Of a stretch of DNA of 64,000 nt, positions 26,750 through 39,799 are shown piece by piece. The notes under the pieces are model-generated. The model had not been told where the DNA came from, did no database searches, and saw only the letters and a program-made list of their open reading frames with translations. The stretch is from assembly GCF_963921235.1 (NCBI RefSeq), contig NC_086097.1, forward strand, positions 240,748,001 through 240,812,000, written 5' to 3'. The position numbers and the translations under genes are program-made. Position 1 is the first letter of the stretch; every line of letters begins with the position of its first letter. This DNA comes from Mobula hypostoma. Its lineage: Eukaryota.

Positions 26750-27129
26750 AGAGTGGAGATACGTATCTACCAAAGGAGGGGTAAGGTGCTCCTTGCCTCC
26801 GCTACCCCACAGGTCTCCTTAGGACAAGGTGTAGCACCTGCATAGCCTACCCCACCCTGATCAGGGTCACGTGAAGCCATGGGAACAGGTGGTGGACGGT
26901 CATATGAGCAGCTGGTGCATATCACAAGTCCTGGTTATGCGACCACTGAAGCCAGGCAGACAATCTCTGAGGAGTACTGATAATGGCTAGGGTCACCCGT
27001 CTTGTAAAGACACTGCCCAGAAGAAGGCAATGGCAAACCACTTCTGCAGAAAAATTTGCCATGAGCAATCATGGTCATGGATAACGCCACGATCGCCCTC
27101 GCCATATGTCACGGCACATTATGATGATA
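26750..27129 (+). mobile_element. RTE-related short element with (TGA)n tail and ~10-bp TSD
   Basis: gaaggcaatggcaaaccacttc resembles the RTE/Bov-B UTR motif. Flanks are actatactgc (26740-26749) and actgtactgc (27130-27139). Confidence 0.6.
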
Positions 27130-29456
27130 ACTGTACTGCTACTGCAAAACAACCAATTTCACAACATATGCCACTGATACTAAACCTTTGCTGTGATCAT
27201 CAGAATTCTAATTCTGATGGTCAGAACAAAGTACATTTCCTCACGCTTTCAAATAGAAAAAGCACATTTCCTTGGCAGTGATGTGAAAGGTCATGCTCTC
27301 CCACTCTCCTCCTTCCTTTCTCTGAGTTACAACAAAATCAATAGAGAGCAAGCAGCCAAAACAAAACTAGCATATCACAAGCAACAATAATAGCTGTTTT
27401 GCGATTACTTGCTGAAACGTATTTAGAATCGGGGGGAATTAACCTTTCATGATGTCTGTAATGTATAATGATCATCAAACAGGTTATGTCATGCAGAAGC
27501 TATTTAAATTATTCCATTGTGCGAAGTGCTGTTCACAATCACCAGTGCTGTGGAACAACTCAAAGGAAGTAATTTTTAGTGCTTACGGTAATAATATTGT
27601 GATATTATTCACAATGTCAAAAGGGAAAACAGAGCCTTTTTAGATTTGTGAAGATAATCTAACAGTCTTGGCAGTATGGACCCAAACTTCCCTTGAGTTT
27701 TTTTTTGAACAAAACTACCAGATTTCGATTCAACAGAACAGCTTTGTGTTACTTCCATCCCACACAATGTTCAGCAGTGGAGGGAAAAATGCCATCGTTT
27801 CCAATCACACAGCAGCAAGGGTCTCGAGAGTAATTAAACTGGCTGGTGAGGTAATAGGCTGTCCCCATCAAATACCTCACGTATGCGACTTCCTGTTCAA
27901 TTACCGACTTGTCTACATTGCCATCTGCAAAAGCTGATACATATGTTGCTCTGCCAGTTTCTGCGTTTTACACTTTCATTAGCTGGCTGCAGCTGCTGCA
28001 GAAGAAAGCTTCGATTGTCTTTACTTTTCCCCAGCAAAAGCCCATTTTATTCATCACCAGGCACATCGTTTCAAGGTGCCGCACTCTCCTTACTGCAGGG
28101 CAGGGCAATGGAATGGAATGGTATTCTGCTAAATCCAACCCTGCTGTTTTTCCAATGTTACTTATGTCTGGAAGAAGCAAAGTGGCATCCGGTGTCTGCT
28201 GTAGCCTAGCTTGTACCATGTCGTAACACCAGTAAAGTGTGACTCACCAACATCACATCCAAGGTGTTGGAATGACTCGTTCACTCTTTAAGTGTTCGCT
28301 ACATGAGCTCCAATGTCTTCCTAATTTAAATGCCTTTCCCCCCCACAGAAGAAATTATTAAGACATATTGTAGTAAGTGGTGCAGAACATCTGGCTACAA
28401 TATTGGGTATCATTTTTCAGCCATCAAGTCCTTTCACCTTGGAGTAGTTTGTGAATGGTTCACTCCTCTAATTTTTCTCCTTAAAGTGCATGTCTCTGCC
28501 TTATGAGTTGAGTTTGGCATGTTGAAATATTAATCCAATATCTTTAAGATATGAGCAGATGTCAGATTTCTTTTTGTCAAACTCCAACGTTCAGAATCCA
28601 GATGTTTAATGTCAATGTGGTAACAGGAGAATAGAAAACCTCCTTATAGGCAGCGAAGGGAATTTAACCTCAGTTGCTCGTGCTGTAATAGTATTATGCT
28701 AACCACTACTCAAGGTTGAATACTACGTACATTAAAAGCAAAATAAATCTATGAACACTGCACCTATGTAGGGTCAAAAGAAAGGGTTTGCTGTAAGAGT
28801 GCATCTTGTTAAATTTGTATTGTTTCAGGGCAGAATTTTGCAAATGCTGCGGTTCCAAACAGGCCAAACCCATGCTATGAAAGGGTTCACATTTGCAGAT
28901 GTCCATAATTAGATTTTGTCCATTAGTCAATGTTCACAAAAATCACTCACCATATTAACCGTGCACATACAGCATTGTAATGAATGGTACTGATGAGAGC
29001 CAATTAACATGAACATCTACTTACTGCTCTTGACCTGCCTCGTTACCATGGTGCAGACGAATCAGGATGTCCAACGCTTACTGACTGGTTTTGATGGGCT
29101 TGAAGTAAGAGTGAATCTTACATTGTTTAATTGACTTTCATTGCACGAGTATCAATAGAAGCGATTCCGTGTCACTTTCCAAAGCAAATCTCTAAAGTGG
29201 CCTTCTGCAGTGAAAATGGCAGTTTGTGTTTCTCAGAGACAATGGGTCTGACTCCCGGGGGATGTTACAGTTAAGCAGTTTTTTCCCGCCTAAAATGGTT
29301 TTCGCGTGAATTTAATAATATTTCTGGGAGCTCGTTGGTACACACAAGTGTCATAATTCAGGGAGGGGTGTTTAGTAGCAACAGGTTACAAATATGTTAA
29401 ATTGTGACCTACAGCTAAATCTGTTCTTAAGGTTGTTTTAGCCTAGGGTTAGCTGC

Positions 29457-29880
29457 CATTACCTCTGAAAAGCTCCAAACAGCATGCACGTTAAATAGCC
29501 TCTGACAACCAAGTCCAGCTCCTGGCCTTCATGCGTGGCTTCAGTACTAAGCCTGGCAGAACAGTTTCTACTGACAGGAGAAGGGGCAACGGTGGTTTAC
29601 TGGTGCCTTAAAACCAACTGCTCTGGGCAGATAGGGCTTTTCAGCTGTGGTTGGCAGCTCATCTAGGAGAGATCTCAAACCTCTGTTGCCTTGCGGTTAT
29701 ACCAACTCATGGTGAAGGCTTCGGGATTAAACTCTGAGGGAAAAAGTCCAGAGCTGGAGTCCCTAAGGCAGTCCTATGTTGAGTTCAATGCTGACTGGCA
29801 GCTCCTGCGAGGCCGCTGGTGTCAGACTGTTATCAGTCACTGTCGTTCCTGTGGTTTCATGGAGAGGGGGCGTCTACAAC
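29457..29880 (+). mobile_element. Second copy of the same GC-rich repeat family
   Basis: Similarity to 60720-61090. Confidence 0.6.
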
Positions 29881-29939
29881 AACAGAACCCTGACCAACAC
29901 AGGGCCCCAAAACAGCAAAACTATATTAGAATTTAACTA

Positions 29940-30036
29940 ACACACCTCAAAGTTGCTGGTTTACACAGCAGGCCAGGCAGCATCTCTAGGAAGAGGTACA
30001 GTCGATGTTTCAGGCCGAGACCCTTCGTCAGGACTC
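29940..30036 (-). mobile_element. ~97-bp Penelope-derived mini-insertion
   Basis: Flanked by tagaatttaacta at 29927-29939 and 30037-30049. Its 5' end is hammerhead stem I (agtcCTGACGA). Confidence 0.82.
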
Positions 30037-31419
30037 TAGAATTTAACTACTTGAATGAGAATCAGATCTATTGTCACTGAAATAATGTGTGGAATTTGTT
30101 AGGTGGTATCAGAATAGTGCAAGACAAAAATTCCTTAAATATATAAATATTGCAAAAAGAAGAATAAAGAGATAGCATTCATGGGGCAATTTACTTCAAC
30201 CTGGGCATTTTGAGACAGTTACCAAAATATGATCATTCTATCGTGATCCAAGCAAGCTGCTGAACAACAGCTATGGACAAAACATTGCTGTGACCCATCT
30301 TGCGCTCCCTATCATAGGAATGCTTGGGTACAGAAAGAGGCTATTTCACTCACCGAGTACAATGCCCAAGGCTCTCTTGTACGCTTCTCTTTGCCTTGCA
30401 AGAAACTGGGTCAGCTCAGAGGTCTGGCTCCTCCTACGCTTTCGATCTAGCAGTTCATAAATGAAGGAGCTCCTTCACCCAAGTCTGTCTGTCTATACGT
30501 GTTGGGTCCAAGTATCAAAAAAATTGTAAATCTTCGGGCTCAGGTTGGATTCGGCCAGACTTATTTATAAATATATGCATTAAAGCTCAAACTTGAAATC
30601 TAGCCATCTGAAGCAGTGCCATCGGACCCAACAACATGCCTGGGTCAGGCACGCTCAAAGATCAGTGCATTTAAGTTCTTAGGCCTCAAATTAGGTTCAG
30701 TCTGTTCTTGGGCTGTATCTTACTTTTAAATCAGAATTAGCATCAGATTCATTATCACTGGCATGAGTCACGAAATGTGCTTTCTCGCTGTAGGGCAGCA
30801 GCAGAGCGCTGCGACCCTATTACAGCTCGGGGCGGAGTTTGGAGCTCGGAGGTCAATTCCGACGTCGTCTATAGAAGAGTTTGTATGTTCTCCCCGTGAC
30901 TGTGTGGGTTTTCTCCGGGTGCTCCTGTTTCATCCCACAGTCCAAAGACAAACTGGTTAGTTGGCTAACTGGGTCATTGTAAATCATCCCGTGATTGGAC
31001 TGGGCTTAAGCTTGAAGGGCCGGAAGGGCCTATTCCGTGGTGAGTCTCCAGAAAAATTGCAAAAAGTTACAATAAAAAAATTAATAGACAGTGTGAAAAG
31101 TGAATAATGACGTGGAGTTCATGGGCTGTTTAGAAATATGATGATAGAGGGAAAGAAACTATTCCTAAATCATTGAATGTATGTTTTTAGGACCCTGTCA
31201 CTCCTCAATGATGGTAGTAACGAGAAGAAGGCATGTCTCAGGTGGTGAAGGATTCTGCCTTATTGAGGCACTGCCTCTTTGAGATGTCCTCAATGGTAGT
31301 GAGGGAGGCTTGTGCCTGTGATGTAGCTGGCTGAGTTTACAATCCTCTACAGCCTTGTATAATCCAGTGCAATGGAGCCTCCACACCAGGTAGTGATGCA
31401 ACCAGTTGGAATACATCTG

Positions 31420-32545
31420 TAGAAATTGTATTGTGGGGCCTAATTTGGAGTACTGTGTGCGGTTTTGGTCATCTGCCTACAGGAAAGATGTAACTAAGAT
31501 TAAAAGAGTTCACAGAAAAGTTTACAAGGATATTGCTGGGACTTGAGCCTTAGGGAAAACTTGAATAGGTCAGGACCTTATTTCTAGAACTTAGGGAGAT
31601 TTGATAGAGTTATATAAAATTATACAATGTTGGGAAATGCATGGTCATGCACTTTGGTAGTAGAAATCAATGTGCAGACAGGGAGAAAATCCAAAAATCT
31701 GAGATGCAAAGGGACTTGGCGGTCCTTGTGCAGAACACCCTGAAGGTTAACTTGCAGGTTGAGTCAGTGGTGAGGAAGGCAAATGCAATGTTAGCATTCA
31801 TTTCAAGAGGTCTAGAATACAAGAGCAAGGATCTGATGCTAAGGCTTTATAAGGCACTGGTGAGGCCTCACCTTGAGTATTGAGAACAGTTTTAGGCTCT
31901 TCATCTCAGAAAAAGAAATGCTGGCTTTGGGGAGGGTTCAGAGGAGGTCCACAAGGATGATTCCGGGAATGAAAGGGTTATCATATGAGGAATGTTTGAT
32001 GGCTCTGGGTCTGTACTCACTGGAATTTAAAAGAATGAGGGGGAATCTCATTGAAAAGCCCACACAGAGTAGATATGGAAAAGATGTTTCCCATGGTGGG
32101 GGTATCTAGGACAAGAGGGCACAGCCTCAGGATAGAGGAGTGTCCATTTAAAACAGAGATGCAGGGAAATGTATTTAGCCAGAGGTTGGTGAATTTGTTG
32201 AATTTGTAGAATTTGTTACCACAGGCAGCTGTGGAGGCCAGGTCACTGGGAGAATTTAAGGCAGAGATTGATACGTTCTTCACTGGACACACCATCAAAG
32301 TTTATGGGGAGAAGGCTGGGAGTGGGGCTGAAGAGGGGGAAAAAAGGATCAGCCATTATTGAATACTGGAGCAGACCCGATAGTCCAAATGGCATAATTT
32401 TGCTCCTAAGCCTTATGATCTAAAATTATGAGGGGTATAGACAGAGTAAATGCAAGCAGGCTTTTTCCACTGAGGTTGGCTGAGACTATCACTGGTGGTC
32501 ATGGATTAAGGATAAAGGGTGAAATTTTTAAGTTGAACATGAGGA
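31420..32545 (+). mobile_element. Nested CR1 fragments
   Basis: Encodes VMHFGSRN...RDLAVLV...VRKANAMLAFISRG...LYKALVRPHLEY and QRRSTRMIPGMKGLSYEE. Confidence 0.85.
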
Positions 32546-33866
32546 GGCAGTTCGCAAGTGTTGGTGCTAACATAGCATTCCCACACCTTACTAATTCTAA
32601 CCCAGATGCCTTTGAAATGTGGGAGGAAATTAGAGCACCTGGTGGAAACCCCACGTAGTCACGGGGGGGTGGGGGGACATGCAAGTTCTTTACAGAAAGT
32701 ACTGGGAATTGAAACACAATCACCGACACTGTAAAGTGTTACGCTACTGTATTATTGAAGACCAATACCAAGGGGAACTTTCTCTACCAAAATATTTGAG
32801 TTCAAGCACTGGATTTCACAGTCAATGTTTTTGTCCTTCGTTTAAACCATAAAGGGAGTGATGGACAGAGAAATCAGCAACACATGGGCTACAGAGATTG
32901 TTTCCAGCACTAACAAAATTCACTGAAAAAACATCTATAATTACTGCGGCCACACTGCCATTTCCGGGATCACAGTGACAACTCGGAAAGTAAAAGAAAA
33001 GAATTCCTTCACATTAGTTAAAAAATATTACTGATTATGGATTCAATTTCAGCTTATAGAGAACTGATTTCTCCAAATATTCTTTGACAAATACAATAAC
33101 TTCTCTGCTTCCAATTACAATTGCCAGTTCTGGTACTGAAGGAAGTTCCCAACCAATTATAGACAGGCATGCCAGAACAGTGCTACTATATAGAAACAAA
33201 AATATTTACAATACAATTGCATTAGCTTCATCCACTAACTTGTGATTAGATGTGTTCCATACAATTAAGCATGCATATGTTCTAACAAGGCATGAAATTA
33301 GAACATGTGTAATCCACGGGAATGTTTAGTAACGATGGGTTACACATGTTCCAATTTCATCCGTCTACAAACCATAAGGATAGTGAAATAGCAAAACTGA
33401 CCTGAAAAAAAATGGTACATAGTCATACAGCCCTACAACCCATTTACAGCTTATTTATTGATTTAGAGATACAGCACGTAAACAGGCCCTTGTACAATCT
33501 CGTTATCTTGAGCAATGACAATAAAGTTATATTCTAGCCCTTGGCACCTGCACCACCCAATTACACCCATTTGACCAATTAACCTACTAACCCATTCGGT
33601 TTTGGACTGCCAGAGGAAAGCAGAGCACCTGGACCACTGGTACTGTAACAGAAAATCCTACAAAAAAGTACTGGGTACGGCCCAGTCCATCACGAGTAAA
33701 GCCCTCCCCACCATCGAGCACACCAACACGGAGAGCTGCTGCAGGAAAGTAGCATCCGTCATCATAGACCCCCCCCCCCACCCCCAAGACATGCTCTCTT
33801 CGCATTGCTGCTATCGGGAAGAAGGTACATGAGCCTCAGGACCCAAGTTCAGGAACAGGTAGTACC

Positions 33867-34421
33867 CAGACATCCCACCTCTCCCGGAAGTTCCGGGAGT
33901 CTCCTGCATATTAATAGTGGCTCCCTGATGCCCGCAAGTTATATACAATATCACGGAAATCAATTTTTTTGAGAGCGAGCGAGAGAAAGAAAGAGAGAGC
34001 GCGAGCAAGCGAGAAAGCGAGAGCGCGCGAGCGAGACAGAAAGCAAGCGAGAGTGCTTGAGAGCGTGAGCGAGAGCGCGCCATGGCAGAGTGTTCCAAAA
34101 AAATACATAAAACGTACATCATCCCAGACTACACTCAAGTGTACCCCTGCCTAACAGGGGTCAAAATAATGACAGTGTTGCTCACTGCACTGTTTGCAAC
34201 AGTGACTTTTCTATTGCCCATGGTGAGTTAAGACTGTAAAGGACGTGTTGAGGTGAGTTTAGCAGGTGTCATTCATTCATTAGCATAGCTAACGTTATTT
34301 AAATTAGCTGGCCGGCTGCTAAGGAGCTACTCTATTGCAGACATCCCACCTCTCCCGGAAGTCTCCCGCAAATTGATGGTGCTACCTCCCTGAAGTGAGT
34401 TTTTGCAGGGTGGGATGTCTG
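33867..34421. mobile_element. Non-autonomous hAT-type DNA transposon (13-bp TIR, 8-bp TSD)
   Basis: TIRs CAGACATCCCACC and GGTGGGATGTCTG. TSD gtagtacc at 33859-33866 and 34422-34429. Confidence 0.88.
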
Positions 34422-37400
34422 GTAGTACCCCTCAACCATCAGGCTCTTGAACCAGAGGGGACAACTTCACTCGAACTATTTCCAGAACCTGTGGACTCAC
34501 TTTCAAGGACTCCTCATCACGTTTTTGAAACACATTATTTATTTATTTATTTATTTATTATTTCCTTTTTTTCTTCTTTTGTATTTGCACAGTTAATTGT
34601 CTTTTGTACAATGGTTGTCTGTCTATCCTGTTGGGTGCACTCTTTCACTGACTCTAATACGTTCGTTTGTCTTTACCGTGAAAGCCCACAAGAAAACCAA
34701 TCACAGGGTTGTATATGGTGACATCTATGTGCTTTGATGATAAATTTACTTTGCGCTTGTACTTGTAAAACAATGCACTAGCCAGTTTGCTACCATGCCG
34801 TATGCAGTTGCCTCCATTAATTCCATATCCCTCTCAGTCCTGTTCATTCAGGTTCCTATCCAGATGCCTCTCAAATGGTGTTACTGTTCCTGCATCTAAC
34901 AGCTCATTTCAGATGTCAATTGCTGTTTGTGTGAAAACTTTACCCCTCAGATCCCCTTTAAACTCCTCTCCCTCTCACATGTCCTTAAGAGGTTGTTTCC
35001 TGTGATGATGGAGTCTTAGATCAGAGGACACAGCCTCAGAATAAAGGGACACCCACTCAGATGGAGATGAGCAGGAATTTCTTTAGCCAGAGGGTGGTGT
35101 ATCTGTGAAATTTTAATGCCACAGGCAGAGCCAAGTCTTTATGTATATTTAAGACTGAGTTTGATAGATTTTTGATTAATCAGGGCATGAAGGGTTACAG
35201 GAAGCAGTCAGGAGATTGGGGCTGAGAGGGAATGGATCAGCCATGATGAAATGGCAAAGCAGACGATGGATAAATGGCTTAATTCTGCTCCTGTATTTGA
35301 TAATCTCATGTTCTCTAGTACAGGCAATAGACATCGCCATCATGGGAAAAAATCCATGCCTGTCATAACTTTATACACTTCCATCATCTTACCTCTCAGG
35401 CACGTTTGGGCTGAGGAAAACAAACCCAGCCTACCCAATCACTCTTTATGATTTAAGGCCTGCAATCCAGGCAACATCCTGGCGAATCTTTCCTGTACCC
35501 ATCTTGAGCTCAATCAAATCTCTCCCATAACGATTACTGCTACAATTTGCCACAGACATGACATCCGAGATGCAAAAGTGATGTTACATCATTGCTCATA
35601 GTATGAATCTCCCATGCAAACTGTCCAGGCATTGATTATGATACCAGGAATTTGCACATCTAGTTGATTACACCCCTTCAGCGTTACTCATTGACCAACA
35701 GGATAGTACCTAACCTGTTCCATTTAGTGTTAGACAATTATGGAATAATTAAATACAGAGGAAAGCCATTCAACCCATAGCTGCTGTTCGATCCAGTTAG
35801 TCCCATTTCCCAGCTCACTTCTTAGCAGCACACCACCCATTTTTTCCTCTTAACATAAGAGTGAACCCTCCAAAAGGACTCAACGTCATCATAGGGTTTG
35901 GAGGCTTGCGTACCTCATTGACCTGGAGAGCTATGTTGGCTGGAGTTAGGGCCTTGTGCTTTGGATCTTGACAGGGTCACCCATGCCGAACAGGTCAAAG
36001 GGTAGAGCGAAGACTAAGAGTGGTCCACTGGTCCTCCAGGTTTGGGGGTTCAGTTCAGGGCTAACAACCTTGACTGGTCAAAAAATAAATTGTGCGACTG
36101 AGGACCCTGAACCACACATGGAGCACAATAGAGAAGATGGTCAAGGACAGAGAGAGATTCATTACTCACTTAAACACCAGCGGTACAATGGGAAATAAAC
36201 AATAGTGAGTGAACAATTACGTGCATAAAAGTGTTTTTTGTTTTCCAGCTAGGAGGCTATATTAGTACAAATGTTCTCTTCCAGACTTCAAAGGTACCAC
36301 AATCTCAACCATGGGCCAGTGTGACCGGAAGTGGGAGGCCTGAATTTTTGAGTCTGCACACTGGAGACTGGAGGCCCAGAGGCAGCCTGTCCTGTGGTTG
36401 GAGGCCTGTCTGTATGAGTGAGTGAGAGGGCGGTAGGGCGGTAGGGCGGTGAAGGGGCTTGCTTTGCTGCTATTGCTTGTGTTTTTCTGTGGAACACTGT
36501 GGGCAGGTTATGTTGGCGTTGGAATGTGTGGAGCACTTCCAGTCTTCCCTCAGCCCATCCTTCGCTTTTTGTTGGTTTTTAACACAAACGATACATTTCA
36601 CCGTATGTTTCAAAGTACACAGGATAAATAAATGAATCTGAATTTGAATACTCCTGATTTTGCCATTGCCAAGCCACCCAGTAACACCCTCCAGGCCTTC
36701 CCTTCAGACTTGAAGGGTTGCTGTCAACATCATCCCAACGTTCGTCTTTGCTTTTGTGACTGTTGTGACATGAACAAAGACCCTGAAAGCTGGTGGATAT
36801 AGAGGTGTTTATTTAGCAAAAACACACAGCTATTCATGACACCCTTGGAAGAAGAGGGCTGCCTGACCCAATATTACATGATATTTTATATGCTAAAGAT
36901 CGATGGTACCAGCTGGACAATTTCCTAGTTACAATGCATCTACAATGCTTCCTTTGAATTACATACAATTTTCAAAAAATTCCTTCTTCACATCCACACT
37001 CCAGAGATCCAAAATGAATGCTAATCTGCATGGCTTGGTTTGCAATCAATTCCAATCAACAACTCCAGGAAGACTATTGTTTAGAGCATTTTAAATTTAA
37101 TCTACAATCCACATTCAAATCTGAACAATTGTTTTGTTGAAATTACTATTTCCTATATATCCTAACTCGAGAATACACCCTGACAGTGACCTGATGCCTT
37201 CTGGTTTCATTTAATCACTTTTTGCAATAATATTTAAAAGAGGAAAACATTACTTTAAATAGCAGCATCCTATTAAACTTAAACCACAATAATTCTGAAG
37301 AAAAATTACTATTTGGTAAACATCAGATGAAGTCAGAGCATAATTTCTTTTGCGGATTAAAAGACTCATTTCCTTTTAGGTCATATCAAAGTTTGTGGAC

Positions 37401-38049
37401 ATATGCTACTTGTCTCGGTTAGCCTATTTTTTAAATTTCAAAACTATTTTTTTCAGTAAATTATAAATGAACACCAACTATATTTTTTAAATTAAAGAGC
37501 TACAGAATGAAAAGGCAACTTACACAGAAAGATGTTGTTGCATAAGATTATATTTTATTTATTAATACTCTTGGAAGGAAATCTTATTTTTTTTTAAGAA
37601 ATATTATTTTCTTAAATAATCTTTTTCTCCCTTTTACCTTCTCTCCTGGAAGTAATAACTCCTGCTGAAATTCAAAGTTCAAAGTAAATTTATTATCAAA
37701 GTACATATATTTATGGATTGGACTGCAGTTCATACTGGTCTCTTTCAGTTCTAAGTTTTTTTTCCGTGTTTTCATCCATTCTTTTACTCTTCCCATTTAA
37801 TAGCAGGCTGAGGGTTTAGGCCAGCTGTCAGTTTTTATGCAAGGGAGGAGGGGGAAGGGGGTGGGGATTTGGAATGTTTGCTTCTTTTTCTTTTCGTGCG
37901 GGGAGAGTAGAAACATAGAAAATGTTTGATAACATTTGATGTTTGACCAGTGTTTGGTTCTCTCCATCAACTCCTTTCTATTGTTTAATCTGTTGATTTT
38001 CAGGGCAGTTTATGGAAATAGTGTGTATGGCAGTGAATGGGCATTAGGA

Positions 38050-39122
38050 CATAGAAAACTTACAGCACAATATAGGCCCTACGGCCCACAAAGCTGTGCC
38101 AAACATGTACTTAATTTAGAAATTACTAGGGTTGCCCACAGCCCTCTATTTTTCTAAGCTCCATGTACTTATCCAGGAGTCTCTTATAACACCCTATTGT
38201 ATCCGCCTCCGCCACTGTCACCACCACCAGCAGCCCAGTCCTCACACTCACCACTCTCTGCATAAAAAATTACCCCTGACATCTCCTCTGTACCTACTTT
38301 CAAGCACCTTAAAATTGTGCCCTCTTGTGTTAGCCATTTCAGCCCTGGGAAAAAGCCTCTGACTATCCATATTATCAATGCCTCTCATCATCTTATACAC
38401 CTCTATCAGGTCACCTCTCATCCTCCGTCACTACAAGAAGAAAAGGCCAAGTTCACTCAACCTATTCTCATAGGGCATGCTGCCCAATCCAGGCTACACC
38501 CTTGTAAGTCTTCTCTGTATCCTTTCTATAGTTTCTACATCCTTCCCGTAGTGAGGTGACCAGAATTGAGCAGAGTTCTCCAAGTGGGGTCTGACCAGGT
38601 CCTATATAGCTGCAACATTACCTCTCAGCTTTTAAACTCAATCCCACAGCTGATGAAGGCCAATGCACCATATGCCTTCTTAACCACACAGTCAACCTGC
38701 GCAGCAGCTTTGAGTGTCCTATGGACTTGGACCCCAAGATCCCTCTGATCCTCCACACTGCCAAGAGACTTACCATTAATACTATATTCTGCCGTCATAT
38801 TTGACCGACCAAAATGAACCACCTCTCACTTATCTGGGTTGAACGTCATCTGCCACTTCTCAGCCCAGTTTTGCATCCTATCGATGTCCCGCTGTAACCT
38901 CTGACAGCCCTCCACACTATCCACAACACCCCCAACCTTTGTGTCATCAGCAAATTTACTAACCCATCTCTCCACCTCCTCATCCAGGTCATTTATAAAA
39001 ATCACTAAGAGAAACGGTCCCAGAACAGATCCCTAAGGCACACCACTGGTCATCGACCCCCATGCAGAATATGACCCATTTACAGACACTCTTTGCCTTC
39101 TGTGGGCAAGCCAGTTCTGGAT
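38050..39122 (-). mobile_element. CR1 LINE 3' fragment (RT/C-terminal region, degenerate)
   Basis: Encodes VHFGRSN...EDQRDLGVQVHRTLK...VVKKAYGALAFI and carries a CR1 3' UTR. Confidence 0.85.
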
Positions 39123-39412
39123 ATTGATAGCTTTCTTTCAACTACTTCTATATATTTCTGTATTTTATGGCTATCTGGAGAAGGCAAATCTCAGAGTTGT
39201 ATTCTGCATACATACTTTGATAATAAAATAAACCTTCGATATACAGATCATCATATACAACCTTGCAATTCATTCTCTTGATGGCACACTCAATGACAGA
39301 ATAACCATAATAGAAGTAATGAAACAACCTTAGACATTCAACCAGTGTGCAAAAGCCAAACTGTACATATACAAAAAATAAATAATAATATCAATACATA
39401 AATAAGGAACTG

Positions 39413-39799
39413 CTTTAGGTGAGATATGATAGAGGTATACAAACTTATGAAGGATTATATATAGGGTAAATGCAAGCAGGCTTTTTCCACAAGGTTGGGT
39501 GGGACTACAGCAGAGATGATGCTTTATGGGTGAAAGGTGAAAAGTTTAAAGGGAACATGAGGGGAAATTTCTTCACTCAGAGGGTCGCAAAAATGTGGAA
39601 TGACCCGTGCATGGAAGCTCGATTTCAACGCTTACTTGTAGTTTGGATATGGATAGGTATTTGGAGGGTAGGGGTATGTAGGGCTATGGTCTCGGCGCAG
39701 ATTGATGAAAGTAGGCAGATTAAATTGTTTGGCGTGGAATAGATGGGCCGAAAGGCCTGCTTCTGTGCTGTACTTTTCTGTGATTCTATGACTAAGTAG
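39413..39799 (+). mobile_element. CR1 3' fragment flanked by an 11-bp direct repeat
   Basis: ataaggaactg at 39402-39412 and 39800-39810. Encodes RGNFFTQRVAKMWN. Confidence 0.7.

Noticed and set aside
27668..28226. Additional TRPS1 exon or nested gene among overlapping ORFs
   Set aside because: No similarity to TRPS1 or any protein I recognise, and no convincing splice-site pair identified.
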